In this document: positions 9,136 to 20,557 of the stretch, piece after piece
Layout: each line of letters opens with the position of its first letter
Numbering within the stretch: position 1 is the first letter of the stretch
Source of the DNA: Desulfobia sp.
GTDB taxonomy: Bacteria; Desulfobacterota; Desulfobulbia; Desulfobulbales; SURF-16
Direction of reading: 5' to 3'
Length of the DNA stretch: 35,015 bases
NCBI GenBank assembly: GCA_041641775.1
Contig: JBEPXR010000005.1
Coordinates: 1-35,015 of the forward strand
The notes under the pieces: generated by a model
The model's input: the letters and a program-made list of their open reading frames with translations, nothing else
Databases searched by the model: none
What the model was told of the DNA's origin: nothing
Position numbers and translations under genes: made by a program

Positions 9136-9894
9136 TTACCGGACAGTCTTCTCCAGCTCCTTTTCGAGACGTTCCTGGAAATCGTCCAGGTAGCGCCTCA
9201 GATGCCAGCCCACTTTTCTCCCCTCAACTGTCACGGTGATTCCGGCCAGGAGGTCGGGATTGGTCTCGAAATGCACTTCCACCCCTCTGCCGCACAATTT
9301 TTCGAGATGTTCGCTTACCTGCTCCTGCAGGGCAGGGGATAAATCCCTGCTGCTGTCAACCTGGAGATCATCGAGTTCTTTCTCCTTTAATGAACTGAGA
9401 ACCTTCTTGTCCGGATCGGTGCTGGTCTTCTCCAGGAACAGCCTGACCATCTTCTCTTCAAAATCATGATCCGCAAGTTCCCGGAAGGCATTCCGGCTGA
9501 GTCTCCCGAATTCTTCGGCAATAGTCCGGCTGGTGTGCACGAGAAACTGTTCCTTTTCTTTCTCGAGTTCCCGCTGCCACTTGTGACGGGCCTGTTCTTC
9601 TTCGCTTCGGACTTCTGCGGTCAGACGCTGCCGCAGTTCTTCAGCTTCCCTGCTGGCCTCCTCCAGCTTTTGGCGGGCTTCCTGGTCCGCCTTCTTCTGA
9701 AGAGACTGATAGCGTTTTTTTTCTTCTTCAGCCGCTTCTCTCTCTTTTCCGGCCTCCTCAAGCCTTTCGTTTACCTTCTCCTGTCTTTTGTGCATTGCCC
9801 TTAATACCGGGGCATAGAGAAATTTTTTCAGGAGCCAGATCAGTATGAAGAGATTAAGGATCTGGACGGCTGCGGTAAACAGGTCGACACTCAT
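9136..9894 (-). CDS. atpF: N-type F-ATPase b subunit (long form)
   Basis: It has a single N-terminal TM helix (LFTAAVQILNLFILIWLL) followed by a long, highly charged coiled coil. It shares an ATGA overlap with atpE. At 252 aa it is longer than a classical b subunit, and no delta gene is present. Confidence 0.8.
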   Translation of the reverse strand: MSVDLFTAAVQILNLFILIWLLKKFLYAPVLRAMHKRQEKVNERLEEAGKEREAAEEEKKRYQSLQKKADQEARQKLEEASREAEELRQRLTAEVRSEEEQARHKWQRELEKEKEQFLVHTSRTIAEEFGRLSRNAFRELADHDFEEKMVRLFLEKTSTDPDKKVLSSLKEKELDDLQVDSSRDLSPALQEQVSEHLEKLCGRGVEVHFETNPDLLAGITVTVEGRKVGWHLRRYLDDFQERLEKELEKTVR

Positions 9895-10169
9895 CCGCCG
9901 CTTGCCTTTACCGCGTGATTCCAGATGGGATTGGCAAAGATCAGGATCATGGCGATGACAAAAGCGTATATGGAGGTCGATTCGATCATGGCCATGGAGA
10001 CAAACATTGTTCTGGTAAAGGTGCTGGTCTGATCCGGCTGTTGGGCCATGGAGCGCAGGGCAGCGGCAGCGGCCATTCCCTCCCCGATTGCGGCGCCGAT
10101 GGCGCCGAAGCCGATGGCCAGGCCGGCCCCGAGGACTGAGCCGAAGCCGATAATATCAAGAGACGTCAT
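9891..10169 (-). CDS. atpE: N-type F-ATPase c subunit (rotor ring proteolipid)
   Basis: Two-helix hairpin with the loop RSMAQQPD. Helix 2 carries IESTSIY and helix 1 carries IGEG. Confidence 0.9.
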   Translation of the reverse strand: MTSLDIIGFGSVLGAGLAIGFGAIGAAIGEGMAAAAALRSMAQQPDQTSTFTRTMFVSMAMIESTSIYAFVIAMILIFANPIWNHAVKASGG

Positions 10170-10870
10170 GATGATCCTCCTTGAATAGAGTTATTGGTTT
10201 CATCTTCCGTTTTTTTCATGGCTGTAGCAATATAAACTGCTGCCAGCAGGGCAAAGATGTAAGCCTGTATTACTCCGGTGAGGAGTCCCAGGAGCTGCAT
10301 GATCACAGGGATGACCAGAGGGACGATAACCATGAGGACAAGTATGATCACCGTTGAACTCATGACGTTGCCATAAAGCCGCACGGCGAGCGCGAAGGTC
10401 CTGGTGACATCACCGAGAATATTAAAAGGCAGCATAAACGGAGTGGGCCGTATGTACTGTTTGAGATAACTGGCCAGAGACTGGCTTCGGAGACCGTAAA
10501 CCGGAACGGCCACGAAGACGACGAGCGCATAGGCAGCCGTCGTTGAAAGCGAACCGGTTGGCGGCTGAAAGAAGGGAAGGATGCTCAAGATGTTGGAGAC
10601 GAGGATAAAAAGAAAAAAAGTGCCGATAAGAGGAAGGAAAGGCCGCGGATCTCGATGGGTTACCTCTTCGATATGGTCGTTTATACCCTTGACGATCACT
10701 TCCAGGAAATTCTGCCAGCTGGAAATATCCGTTGTACTGCTTAATCGCCGGCTGATAAGCCAGGACCCTCCCACCAGCAGGGCCATGATCAACCAGGTGA
10801 AAATCAGAGTGGCATTTATTTCTCCCCAACCCCACTCCAGGTAGACGTATTGATCGGGAGAATACTTCAT
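10166..10870 (-). CDS. atpB: N-type F-ATPase a subunit
   Basis: Polytopic membrane protein with the conserved stator arginine in LAVRLYGNVMS. ATGA overlaps occur at both ends. Confidence 0.9.
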   Translation of the reverse strand: MKYSPDQYVYLEWGWGEINATLIFTWLIMALLVGGSWLISRRLSSTTDISSWQNFLEVIVKGINDHIEEVTHRDPRPFLPLIGTFFLFILVSNILSILPFFQPPTGSLSTTAAYALVVFVAVPVYGLRSQSLASYLKQYIRPTPFMLPFNILGDVTRTFALAVRLYGNVMSSTVIILVLMVIVPLVIPVIMQLLGLLTGVIQAYIFALLAAVYIATAMKKTEDETNNSIQGGSS

Positions 10871-11139
10871 GGCTTGATCTCCTTTTTCATTTTTCGCAGC
10901 CAGAAAAAGCGGCTCACCGTAAAACCTGCAGCCAGCAGAAGAAGGCGCTGCCAGTCATGGTCGGCCAGAAGATAAAGAGCTGCGATCAGGATTGAGACCC
11001 GGAACAGAAAGCTTGAGATCAGCCACCCCATTCTGTTATCTTTAGTGCTAACCCTCCAGAGAGTGAGATAAAGTCCGCTGAAGTAGAAAAAACCCAGGGT
11101 GGCCCCACTAAACAGCATCAGCGGTGCAGTGATAATCAT
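10867..11139 (-). CDS. atpR: N-ATPase accessory membrane protein AtpR
   Basis: The listed ORF (to 11304) is trimmed to ATG 11139, which overlaps the atpQ stop (ATGA). The 90 aa product has about 3 TM helices (MIITAPLMLFSGATLGFFYF...). Position and size match AtpR of N-ATPase operons. Confidence 0.75.
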   Translation of the reverse strand: MIITAPLMLFSGATLGFFYFSGLYLTLWRVSTKDNRMGWLISSFLFRVSILIAALYLLADHDWQRLLLLAAGFTVSRFFWLRKMKKEIKP

Positions 11140-11432
11140 GACTCTTCCCTCCCATGTTTGGTTATCCAGTGCCAGGCCACCAGGCAGCCTATCGCCAGAC
11201 CCACGATGAGACCGGTTATGGTCCAGGATGTCTCGCTTCTGTGCAGGGTGTCGAGCCACCTTCCCAGCAGAGTGCCCAGAACCGTGGGGATGGCCACGCT
11301 CCATCCCACCGTACCGAAAAGGCCCAGACCGAAAAAAAACGATTCCTGCTTGTGCTCTTCAGCTTCAAGCCTCTTTCTGCATTTTTCCTCGATAATTTCA
11401 GGCAGTTTTTCCTTTTTTTTCGGATCAGGCAT
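11136..11432 (-). CDS. atpQ: N-ATPase accessory membrane protein AtpQ (AtpZ/AtpI-like)
   Basis: 98 aa, with a Lys-rich N-terminus and then two TM helices (FFFGLGLFGTVGWSVAIPTVLGTLLGRWLD). It occupies the atpQ position between atpC and atpR. Confidence 0.75.
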   Translation of the reverse strand: MPDPKKKEKLPEIIEEKCRKRLEAEEHKQESFFFGLGLFGTVGWSVAIPTVLGTLLGRWLDTLHRSETSWTITGLIVGLAIGCLVAWHWITKHGREES

Positions 11433-11482
11433 AGGAAAGTGACCTCGCCGATAAAGTTGAATTTTGTCGTTGTGTCTGGTTT

Positions 11483-13725
<2,243 letters not shown>

Positions 13726-13729
<4 letters not shown>

Positions 13730-14937
13730 TTTTTGATCTCACCTGCCCGGGTTAAGGCGAATTTTGCCCCCAGTGGACCGATAAATTCGAAGATAATGGA
13801 ACTTGCTGAAATAATGGTCAGGACCTGGCTGCCGATCAGTTCGGTCCCTCCCGTAAGCTCGGCCAGCTCCTGTTTTGCCAGGAGGGCGAGACCTATAGCG
13901 ACCCCGGCCTGGGAGAGGATACCGAAGCCGAGATATTTGTTTATCTTTTCATCCATGCCTCCGAGTGTTCCGCCAAGCAAGGCTCCCCCTGTGAGGCCTC
14001 CGGTTCGGCTTACGACATAGATGATTCCCACCATTCCTATGGCCGGCAGGGTGGCAACATCCAGATGGAGTCCGGCCAGTCCGAAAAAAAGGATGAAAAT
14101 GAGCTCCATGATATTCTGGAGCGGCTTGCGAACTTCTTTGACCAGATAGTCTTTATTGGTGTTGACCAGAATAAATCCTGTCATCATGCAGGTGAGAATA
14201 AGGGAAAGATGCCAGCGTTCGGCAAGACCCGTCCCCAGGAAAACGGCCATGAAGATGGCGATAATTATGTCTTGATCACGGTCCAGCCAGTGGATCAGCA
14301 GCGTAAAAAAAGCACCGATGACTCCCCCTAACAGGAGACTGGAAAGTACTTCCTTGAAAGGGTGCCAGAGTGCGCTGATCTGGAAAGCGGGACCGGCTGC
14401 TTCGCCCGGGGTAAGCAGTATCTTGACACTGAAAAGGGTCAAACTGAAGATAATCACCGCTAGCCCGTCATCAAAACCCACCACTGCATAAAGGGTTTTG
14501 GTGAGTTTGCCTTTGGCCCGGTATTCCTGAATGACGGCCACGGTGCCAGCCGGGGCGCTGGCTGGCGCCAGACCGCCGAGGAGAAGGGCGAGAGCCAGAT
14601 TATGACTAACCAGATATACCGCGGCTGCCACGAGGAGAAATGTCATCAGGCATTCAGTTATTATCAGAAATACGATCCCTGAACCAAGCCTTCCCAGGGA
14701 AGAAAGTTTCAGCTCTGAACCAATAATAAAGGCTATAAATCCCAGAGAGAGCGTGGTCACGAAGGAGAGATTGTCTGTCAGCTCTCCTGGAAATAGATCG
14801 AGAAAGCTGGGACCTAGCAGGACACCTGCCGTCAGGTAGCCGATAAGGGCAGGCAGGTTCAGGAGTCGGGCCAGCCTGCCGCAGAAATAGCCGGTAGTAA
14901 TGAGGAGGGCGACAGCGGTTATTGCGGAAAAATTCAT
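13726..14937 (-). CDS. CPA2-family monovalent cation:proton antiporter (Kef/NapA-like membrane domain, no KTN domain)
   Basis: The N-terminus is typical of the Na_H exchanger family: GRLARLLNLPALIGYLTAGVLLGPSFLDL. About 12 TM segments. I prefer ATG 14937 (MNFSAITAV...). The listed ORF extends to 14994 and the start is uncertain. Confidence 0.8.
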
Positions 14938-15075
14938 ATAGCCCGTTACTTGTTTGCTGTTGGTGGTCCATGGCTGCGTCAGCCGCCAGACCATAACAAA
15001 TACATTGGAATCTCAACTTCCATCTTATAAAATGTGATAAATGCAGTATAGAGGAAATTTAAAGGATGTGGCGAT

Positions 15076-16917
15076 ATGGCTCTTCACTTTCACCATGAAA
15101 TGAATTTTGGTCCCCATCTCCTTCCGGAGGGTGGAGTCTGCTTCCGGCTTTGGGCTCCCAGCGCGGAAAAGGTGGATATCGGTCTCCAGCTGAACGGTCG
15201 GGACCAATGGCAGACTCTTACCATGGAAAAGGGAGAGTCCGGCTGGTTCCGGCTGACCATCGGGGAAGCCGGACCTGGTGATCTGTATTGTTTCCGGATT
15301 GATAACGGACTCTGGGTTCCGGACCCGGCCTCGCGTTTTCAGCCGGAAGATGTTCATGGTCCAAGTGAGGTTATTTCTCCCGGGTTTTTTACCTGGAATG
15401 ATCTGTCCTGGAAGGGGAGACCCTGGAGTGAAACGGTATTGTACGAACTCCACGTTGGCTCTTTCACTCCGGAGGGAACTTTCCAGGGTGTGGAGTCACG
15501 CCTCGATTACCTGGCGGAAATCGGAGTGACCGCGGTGGAACTCATGCCGGTGTCAGCCTTTCCCGGCAGCCGCAACTGGGGGTATGACGGGGTTCTTCCC
15601 TTTGCTCCTGAAAGCAATTATGGCCGGCCGGAGGATATGAAAAATCTCGTCCAGGAGGCTCACAGACGGAAGCTGATGGTCTTTCTCGATGTCGTGTACA
15701 ATCACTTCGGCCCCGAGGGTAATTATCTGCATGCCTATGCCAAGCCCTTTTTCAGCAGCCGCCATGAAACGCCCTGGGGTGATGCTATCAATTATGACGG
15801 CTCCGACAGCGAAACAGTCCGGGATTTCTTTATCCAGAATGCCCTGTACTGGCTGGAAGAGTTTCACCTTGACGGCCTGAGATTTGACGCAATCCACAGC
15901 ATTTACGATGATTCAGAGCCGCATATTCTTAAGGAAATTGCCGAGGCGGTTGACCTGGGGCCGGGAAGAGAGAGAGAGATTCACCTGGTTCTGGAAAATG
16001 ATAACAATGAAGCCCGGTACCTGGAACGTGATGCAAAGGGGCGTCCTTGCTGGTATAAGGCACAGTGGAACGACGATGCCCATCACTGTTTTCACTGTCT
16101 TCTGACAGATGAAGGAGACGGATATTATCAGGACTACCATGGAAACGCCCTTGATTATCTGGGTCGATGTCTGACCGAGGGATTTGCCTACCAGGGCGAG
16201 CCTTCACCTTTCCGTGGAGGAAAAATAAGGGGGGAAAGCAGTACGCATCTCCCTCCCACCGCTTTTGTCAATTTCCTCCAGAATCACGATCAGGTGGGAA
16301 ACAGAGCTTTTGGAGAAAGGTTGATTCGTTTAACCTCCAGGAAGCCTCTGCGGGCGGGGATCGCCCTTCTGCTGCTGGCTCCTTCCATCCCCCTGCTCTT
16401 CATGGGCGAAGAGGCGGGAGTGACCAATCCTTTCCCGTTCTTCTGTGATTTCGGGGCTGATCTCGCTCCTCTGGTCACCGAAGGACGCCGTCGTGAATTT
16501 GCCGAGTTCGAAGCCTTCAAAGACCCTGAGGTCCGCAAAACCATTCCCGATCCTGCTGACCCAGCAACCTTTCGGGATGCGGTGCTGGATTTAGGCAGTC
16601 CTGACCAGGACAGCCGGGAGTGGCTGGATTACTACCGCTATCTCCTCGATCTCAGGCACCGCCTGCTGGTTCCTAGGCTCGGGCAGATTGTGCCGGGCAA
16701 GGGGGAATACCAGGTAGTGGATTCCAAAGTCCTTCTGGCATCCTGGCCCTTTCAGGATGGAGTGGTCTGGAGACTCTATGCCAATCTCGGTTCCGAGAAT
16801 TATGGGAAGATCGAGATGCCTGCTGCAAAGCTGATTTTCAGTACAGCCGGAGAAGAAACCTCAGGAGACGGGGTGCTACCGGCCTGGACGGTTTCCTGGT
16901 TTCTGGATAAGGAATGA
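15076..16917 (+). CDS. treZ: malto-oligosyltrehalose trehalohydrolase (GH13)
   Basis: GH13 regions are present: DVVYNH, GLRFDAIH, HLVLEND and FLQNHDQ. The N-terminal domain GGVCFRLWAPSAEKV is typical of TreZ. An alternative start is ATG 15100. Confidence 0.9.
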   Translation: MALHFHHEMNFGPHLLPEGGVCFRLWAPSAEKVDIGLQLNGRDQWQTLTMEKGESGWFRLTIGEAGPGDLYCFRIDNGLWVPDPASRFQPEDVHGPSEVISPGFFTWNDLSWKGRPWSETVLYELHVGSFTPEGTFQGVESRLDYLAEIGVTAVELMPVSAFPGSRNWGYDGVLPFAPESNYGRPEDMKNLVQEAHRRKLMVFLDVVYNHFGPEGNYLHAYAKPFFSSRHETPWGDAINYDGSDSETVRDFFIQNALYWLEEFHLDGLRFDAIHSIYDDSEPHILKEIAEAVDLGPGREREIHLVLENDNNEARYLERDAKGRPCWYKAQWNDDAHHCFHCLLTDEGDGYYQDYHGNALDYLGRCLTEGFAYQGEPSPFRGGKIRGESSTHLPPTAFVNFLQNHDQVGNRAFGERLIRLTSRKPLRAGIALLLLAPSIPLLFMGEEAGVTNPFPFFCDFGADLAPLVTEGRRREFAEFEAFKDPEVRKTIPDPADPATFRDAVLDLGSPDQDSREWLDYYRYLLDLRHRLLVPRLGQIVPGKGEYQVVDSKVLLASWPFQDGVVWRLYANLGSENYGKIEMPAAKLIFSTAGEETSGDGVLPAWTVSWFLDKE

Positions 16918-16957
16918 AGACGAGGTGTTAATGTCCTGCAGACGGAGGATACTGAGT

Positions 16958-18610
16958 TCATACCGCGCACTGGATGCTTCCCAGACGCCGGGAGAGAAGG
17001 AGGTTTTCCCTGTAGTCCACCGGCACGGTAACCAGTGAGGGACGGTTGGCTTGAAAAGCCCTATCCAGGGCTGGCCGCAGTTCATCGGCATTTTCCACCT
17101 TTATTCCCTGACAGTCAAAGGATTCGGCCAATTTGACGAAGTCCGGATTGCTGAAATCGGCCCTGGTATGGCTGCCGAAATGGATCTCCTGTTTCCATTC
17201 GATCAAACCATAAGCCCTGTCCTCCCAGATCAGGACAACCAGATTCAGCCCCAGTCTCCTGGCTGTCTCCAGTTCCTGGAGATTCATTAAGAACCCACCG
17301 TCGCCGCAGAGGGCCAGTACTCTTCGGTCGGGGTGAACCAACTGCGCTCCGATGGCTGCGGGCAGGGCGAAGCCCATGGAGCAGAAACCATTGGAAATCA
17401 GGCAGGTATTTGGCCGGTCGCAGTGGTAGTATCTGGCCGTCCACATCTTGTGGGCCCCCACATCACTGACCAGGATATCTCCCTCACCCATAACCTCTCT
17501 GACATCCCAGATTATCTTCTGCGGCCGGATGAGCCCCCTGGACTTGTCGTCCTTGTACTGTTGGAAGTCTTCCAGCATATTTGCGCGCATTTCCTGCTGG
17601 GAGGAGAGATCGAATTCAGGGAGGCCCCTTTTCTCCAGACCCCTGTTCATCATTTCCAGATTCTTCCGGAGATCACCCACAACTTCGAGGTCCACCCGGT
17701 AGTAATCGTCCGCTTCGGCAGGCAGAAAGTCCAGATGAAGGATTTTGACCGGACGCAAGCATTGATTCCAGATGGCCGGGGGATACTCTACCAGGTCATA
17801 GCCGAGGGTAATGACGAGGTCCGCCTCGTTGACCGCATCCCAGGTAAAATCCCTGGTCTGCAGACCAATGGTGAACAGGCAGTATGGGGATTTTCTGGGA
17901 AGCACCCCTTTGCCCATGAAGGTGCTGACCACTCCGATTCCGGTTTTTTCAGCAAATTGCTGAAGGGCTGAAGAGGCCCGGCCGCGGATCACACCATTGC
18001 CTGCCAGGATAATCGGTTTCCGGGAATTGAGGATGAGGGTGAGGGCCTGGTCGATGACTTCACTGTCTGCTGCCGGTGGCTTGGCAGGATGAAGGGGAAT
18101 GGGCTGGTTGTCCACCTCCAGGGCAGCGATATCGTCGGCCAGTTCAATGTGACTGGCCCCGCTTTTCTGAGTCTGGGCCTGCTGGAAGGCCTTCCTCACT
18201 ACTTCCGGAATGTTGCGGGGATGGCGGATGGGTTGAGCCCATTTGGTGATGGGACGAAACAGCCCGACGACATCCATGCTCTGGTGGCTCTCTTTGTGCT
18301 GGCGGGTTGAGTCGGCCTGCGCGGTAATGACTACCAGGGGGGACCGGTCCATGTTGGCGTCTGCCACCCCGGTTACCAGGTTGGTTGCTCCTGGGCCTAA
18401 GGTGCCCAGACATACTCCGGCCTTGCCAGTCAGTCTGCCGTAGGCATCTGCTATGAAAGCGGCCCCCTGTTCATGGCGGCAGAGAATGAACTGGATAGCC
18501 GAATTTTCCAGGGCTCTCAAAAAATGGGCGTTTTCCTCACCGGGCACCCCGAAGATATATTCAACACCTTCATTTTCAAGGCATTTGACAAACAGTTCCG
18601 AAGCTTTCAA
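16958..18610 (-). CDS. thiamine-diphosphate enzyme, acetolactate synthase large subunit / AlsS-like
   Basis: N-terminus ELFVKCLENEGVEYIFGVPGEEN, plus GTLGPGATNLVTGVADA and the TPP motif GDGGFLMNLQELETA. The apparent start codon is TTG at 18610, with AGGA 4 nt upstream. No in-frame ATG lies near it. Confidence 0.85.
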   Translation of the reverse strand: MKASELFVKCLENEGVEYIFGVPGEENAHFLRALENSAIQFILCRHEQGAAFIADAYGRLTGKAGVCLGTLGPGATNLVTGVADANMDRSPLVVITAQADSTRQHKESHQSMDVVGLFRPITKWAQPIRHPRNIPEVVRKAFQQAQTQKSGASHIELADDIAALEVDNQPIPLHPAKPPAADSEVIDQALTLILNSRKPIILAGNGVIRGRASSALQQFAEKTGIGVVSTFMGKGVLPRKSPYCLFTIGLQTRDFTWDAVNEADLVITLGYDLVEYPPAIWNQCLRPVKILHLDFLPAEADDYYRVDLEVVGDLRKNLEMMNRGLEKRGLPEFDLSSQQEMRANMLEDFQQYKDDKSRGLIRPQKIIWDVREVMGEGDILVSDVGAHKMWTARYYHCDRPNTCLISNGFCSMGFALPAAIGAQLVHPDRRVLALCGDGGFLMNLQELETARRLGLNLVVLIWEDRAYGLIEWKQEIHFGSHTRADFSNPDFVKLAESFDCQGIKVENADELRPALDRAFQANRPSLVTVPVDYRENLLLSRRLGSIQCAV

Positions 18611-18671
18611 GTAATCCTGTTTCCTTCTGTTTTACCGCGGTAAGGTAGAAATTTTATTTTATTTAAATATC

Positions 18672-19021
18672 TCAGGCTGCTTTCAAGAGTTGACGGCCGG
18701 AACCTTGGTCGGAAGTATTCACAATAACCACTTCGATATCGGGAAACAGTTTCCTGGCATAATTTTTCAGCTCTCTGCCCCCCCCAAATCGGAGAGATGA
18801 GGATCTGCTATAACCATGTCAGCCTTTGATTCCTGCAGCATGTCAATAGCTTCGACCCCGCTGGCGGCTACCTGGCAGTGATAGCCATGAAACCTGAGAA
18901 GATTGGCCACCATACAGCGCCAGTTATCGTTTTCACCGACAACAGGAATGCTGAATTCGTTTTTCGACCTATCCGCATTCGCTGGGCAAAATCTTCTTTC
19001 CGCCATTTTCTCTTTCCCCAT
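18672..19021 (-). pseudogene. degenerate or frameshifted CheY-like receiver domain gene
   Basis: The listed ORF ends at 18767 just after a G8 run (C8 on the plus strand, 18778-18785). The adjacent frame then reads RELKNYARKLFPDIEVVIVNTSDQGSGRQLLKAA* to 18672. That is the expected alpha3-beta4-alpha4 continuation of the receiver fold begun by IPVVGENDNW...ADMVIADPHLSDLGG. Even when repaired, beta5/alpha5 are missing. The start is uncertain (ATG 19021 or 19006, GTG 19057). Confidence 0.5.
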
Positions 19022-19043
19022 TTTTGGTTTTATCTTGTGATTT

Positions 19044-19496
19044 TTATATATAAGCACCTCTAACGATTATATTTTTAAGCTTAAATATCTGTCTGGGGTC
19101 GAGCCTTGAAAAACGTATGCCGTAACGCATCCGGAAGCAACCCTGATATCTTCCGGCAGGGAGAGCCGGGATCCTGTGTTCATAAACAATCATTGAGTCG
19201 AGGTCGGTTTCCATAATTTCTCCCCTCTCGAACAGCAGGTCAAGGGTCTCTTCAGGTATGCCAAAGTTATGAGGATCTGTTTCCCGGCCTCTATGAAGAA
19301 GAGACAGGAAAGAAATTCCTCCAAGACTTATATCAAGAACCTGGCCATAACTTTTTCCCCGGAAGGCCATGATTTTTCTCTTGCACTGAAAGCGGCGATA
19401 GATTCGTCTGCTGTCTTGATAGTCAGAACTGGAGGTGTAGAAAAAATCAGCAATGGGAACCTGTTGTTTACTGGTGGATTGGCTGAGAAAGTGCAT
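19044..19496 (-). CDS. PilZ-domain protein (putative c-di-GMP receptor), paralogue 1
   Basis: RRIYRRF (RxxxR) is followed by LDISLGGISF (DxSxxG). It is clearly paralogous to the ORF at 23676-24113. Confidence 0.8.
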   Translation of the reverse strand: MHFLSQSTSKQQVPIADFFYTSSSDYQDSRRIYRRFQCKRKIMAFRGKSYGQVLDISLGGISFLSLLHRGRETDPHNFGIPEETLDLLFERGEIMETDLDSMIVYEHRIPALPAGRYQGCFRMRYGIRFSRLDPRQIFKLKNIIVRGAYI

Positions 19497-19730
19497 TAAT
19501 TTTTTGAAGGCTGATACCGGTAAATTTTTCTTCTGATCATATCTATTTTGATTATCATTAAAGATATCAATTTAAAAAAAGTTACTTATTTTATTGCTCA
19601 GGTTGTTTTTAGGATGTTCTCATGTCAACAGCTCTATCTAAATGATTAGCTGGCAATTAAATATTTCTCTGGAGCTCATTATTCGGGAATCATCGCGATC
19701 TCTTTCTGTTTTCAGAAAAGAGGGATTAGT

Positions 19731-19770
19731 TTTAAAAACATAAAGACCCCGCCTGACCTTCAGCGGGGCC
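19731..19770 (-). terminator. rho-independent terminator downstream of the 102-aa gene
   Basis: Minus-strand hairpin GCCCCGCTGAAGGTCAGGCGGGGTC (CCCCGC/GCGGGG core plus TGA/TCA extension), followed by TTTATGTTTTTAAAA. Confidence 0.7.
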
Positions 19771-19846
19771 TTTCCTTTCTATTGTATCTCGCGTGGTTGA
19801 GAGATTTTACTGCATGCAGACAATGCGCCTTGTCCACGATATCTCT

Positions 19847-20155
19847 TTAGCCACCGAAGTCATAGTCGAAAAGCACATTTTGGGCGTCTTTCCACCTCTT
19901 GTTGAGGTCGTCCATTTTGGAATTGATCTCCTCACGCTTGGGATTCCATTCTGTGGGGCACTGGGTCTGGAGTTCGTTAATGCGTTCTTCGAGATCAGAT
20001 ACCAGAATGTTGAGTTCCCCGATATGCTTGAAGACCTTTTCTTTATCGCCGGTGGGGAGCTGTTCCATTTTGCGGAGATAATCGTAGAGTTTGGCTTTCC
20101 AGCCGGTCAGCTCGGCGTTGACGTTACTGCAGTAATCCTTGACTTCCATTGCCAT
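19847..20155 (-). CDS. hypothetical small coiled-coil protein (102 aa) with two Cys
   Basis: A strong AGGAGG lies 8 nt upstream of ATG 20155, and the gene has its own terminator. The helical heptad-like sequence contains Cys9 and QCPTEW and ends in DYDFGG. I recognise no family. Confidence 0.6.
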   Translation of the reverse strand: MAMEVKDYCSNVNAELTGWKAKLYDYLRKMEQLPTGDKEKVFKHIGELNILVSDLEERINELQTQCPTEWNPKREEINSKMDDLNKRWKDAQNVLFDYDFGG

Positions 20156-20190
20156 AGTTATGCCTCCTGTTTTTCATTTTTTCTCATTTT

Positions 20191-20226
20191 CGATCCTGAA
20201 AAAAGCTGGGTCGTGCATCAGGATCG
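20191..20226. repeat. perfect 9-bp inverted repeat (CGATCCTGA-N18-TCAGGATCG) in the leader/promoter of the 102-aa gene
   Basis: Read directly from the sequence. It lies 36-71 nt upstream of the start codon at 20155. Confidence 0.6.
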
Positions 20227-20496
20227 AGCCTTCTTAACGATATTTACAGTTTATGGAAAGATCTTTATGAAAGTCAATGGCAAAATCGGAATAAAATGTG
20301 ACCGGGAAAGGATTGATGCTTGATTGATGGAGAGAGAGCAAATGATGGTTGGTGATGATTGGGAATCTTTTTTCTTCTTCAGACCTCATGAACCTCGGTT
20401 GCGAGGTGTGTCTGAAAGAGAAGGGCGGCTGAAATCGGATGGGCGCCAGGATCCTGCGGACCAGAAGAGGTGTGATCCCCTGTTTCAGGGAACTGA

Positions 20497-20535
20497 AAAA
20501 CGGACCGGTCACGAAAATGTATTCCGGTCCGTTTT
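20497..20535 (-). terminator. rho-independent terminator after the DsrC-like gene
   Basis: 12-bp arms AAAACGGACCGG / CCGGTCCGTTTT. On the minus strand the stem is followed by a T run. It lies 23 nt downstream of the TAA at 20558-20560. Confidence 0.8.
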
Positions 20536-20557
20536 CTCTTCAGTGAGGTCGTTCACC

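Noticed and set aside
11140-11304. N-terminal extensions of the listed atpR ORF (to 11304) and atpC ORF (to 11959).
   Set aside because: The extensions overlap the preceding genes in another frame and encode Arg/His/Gly-rich sequence. Internal ATGs forming ATGA overlaps give products of the expected size and begin with proper TM or beta-sandwich sequence.
20195-20222. Sigma54-like element (TGCACG-N6-GC) on the minus strand upstream of the 102-aa gene. A TGGCA-N5-TGCC element at about 33940 is similar.
   Set aside because: The GG and GC dinucleotides are not at the required 10/11-nt spacing, and the -24 element lacks the second G.
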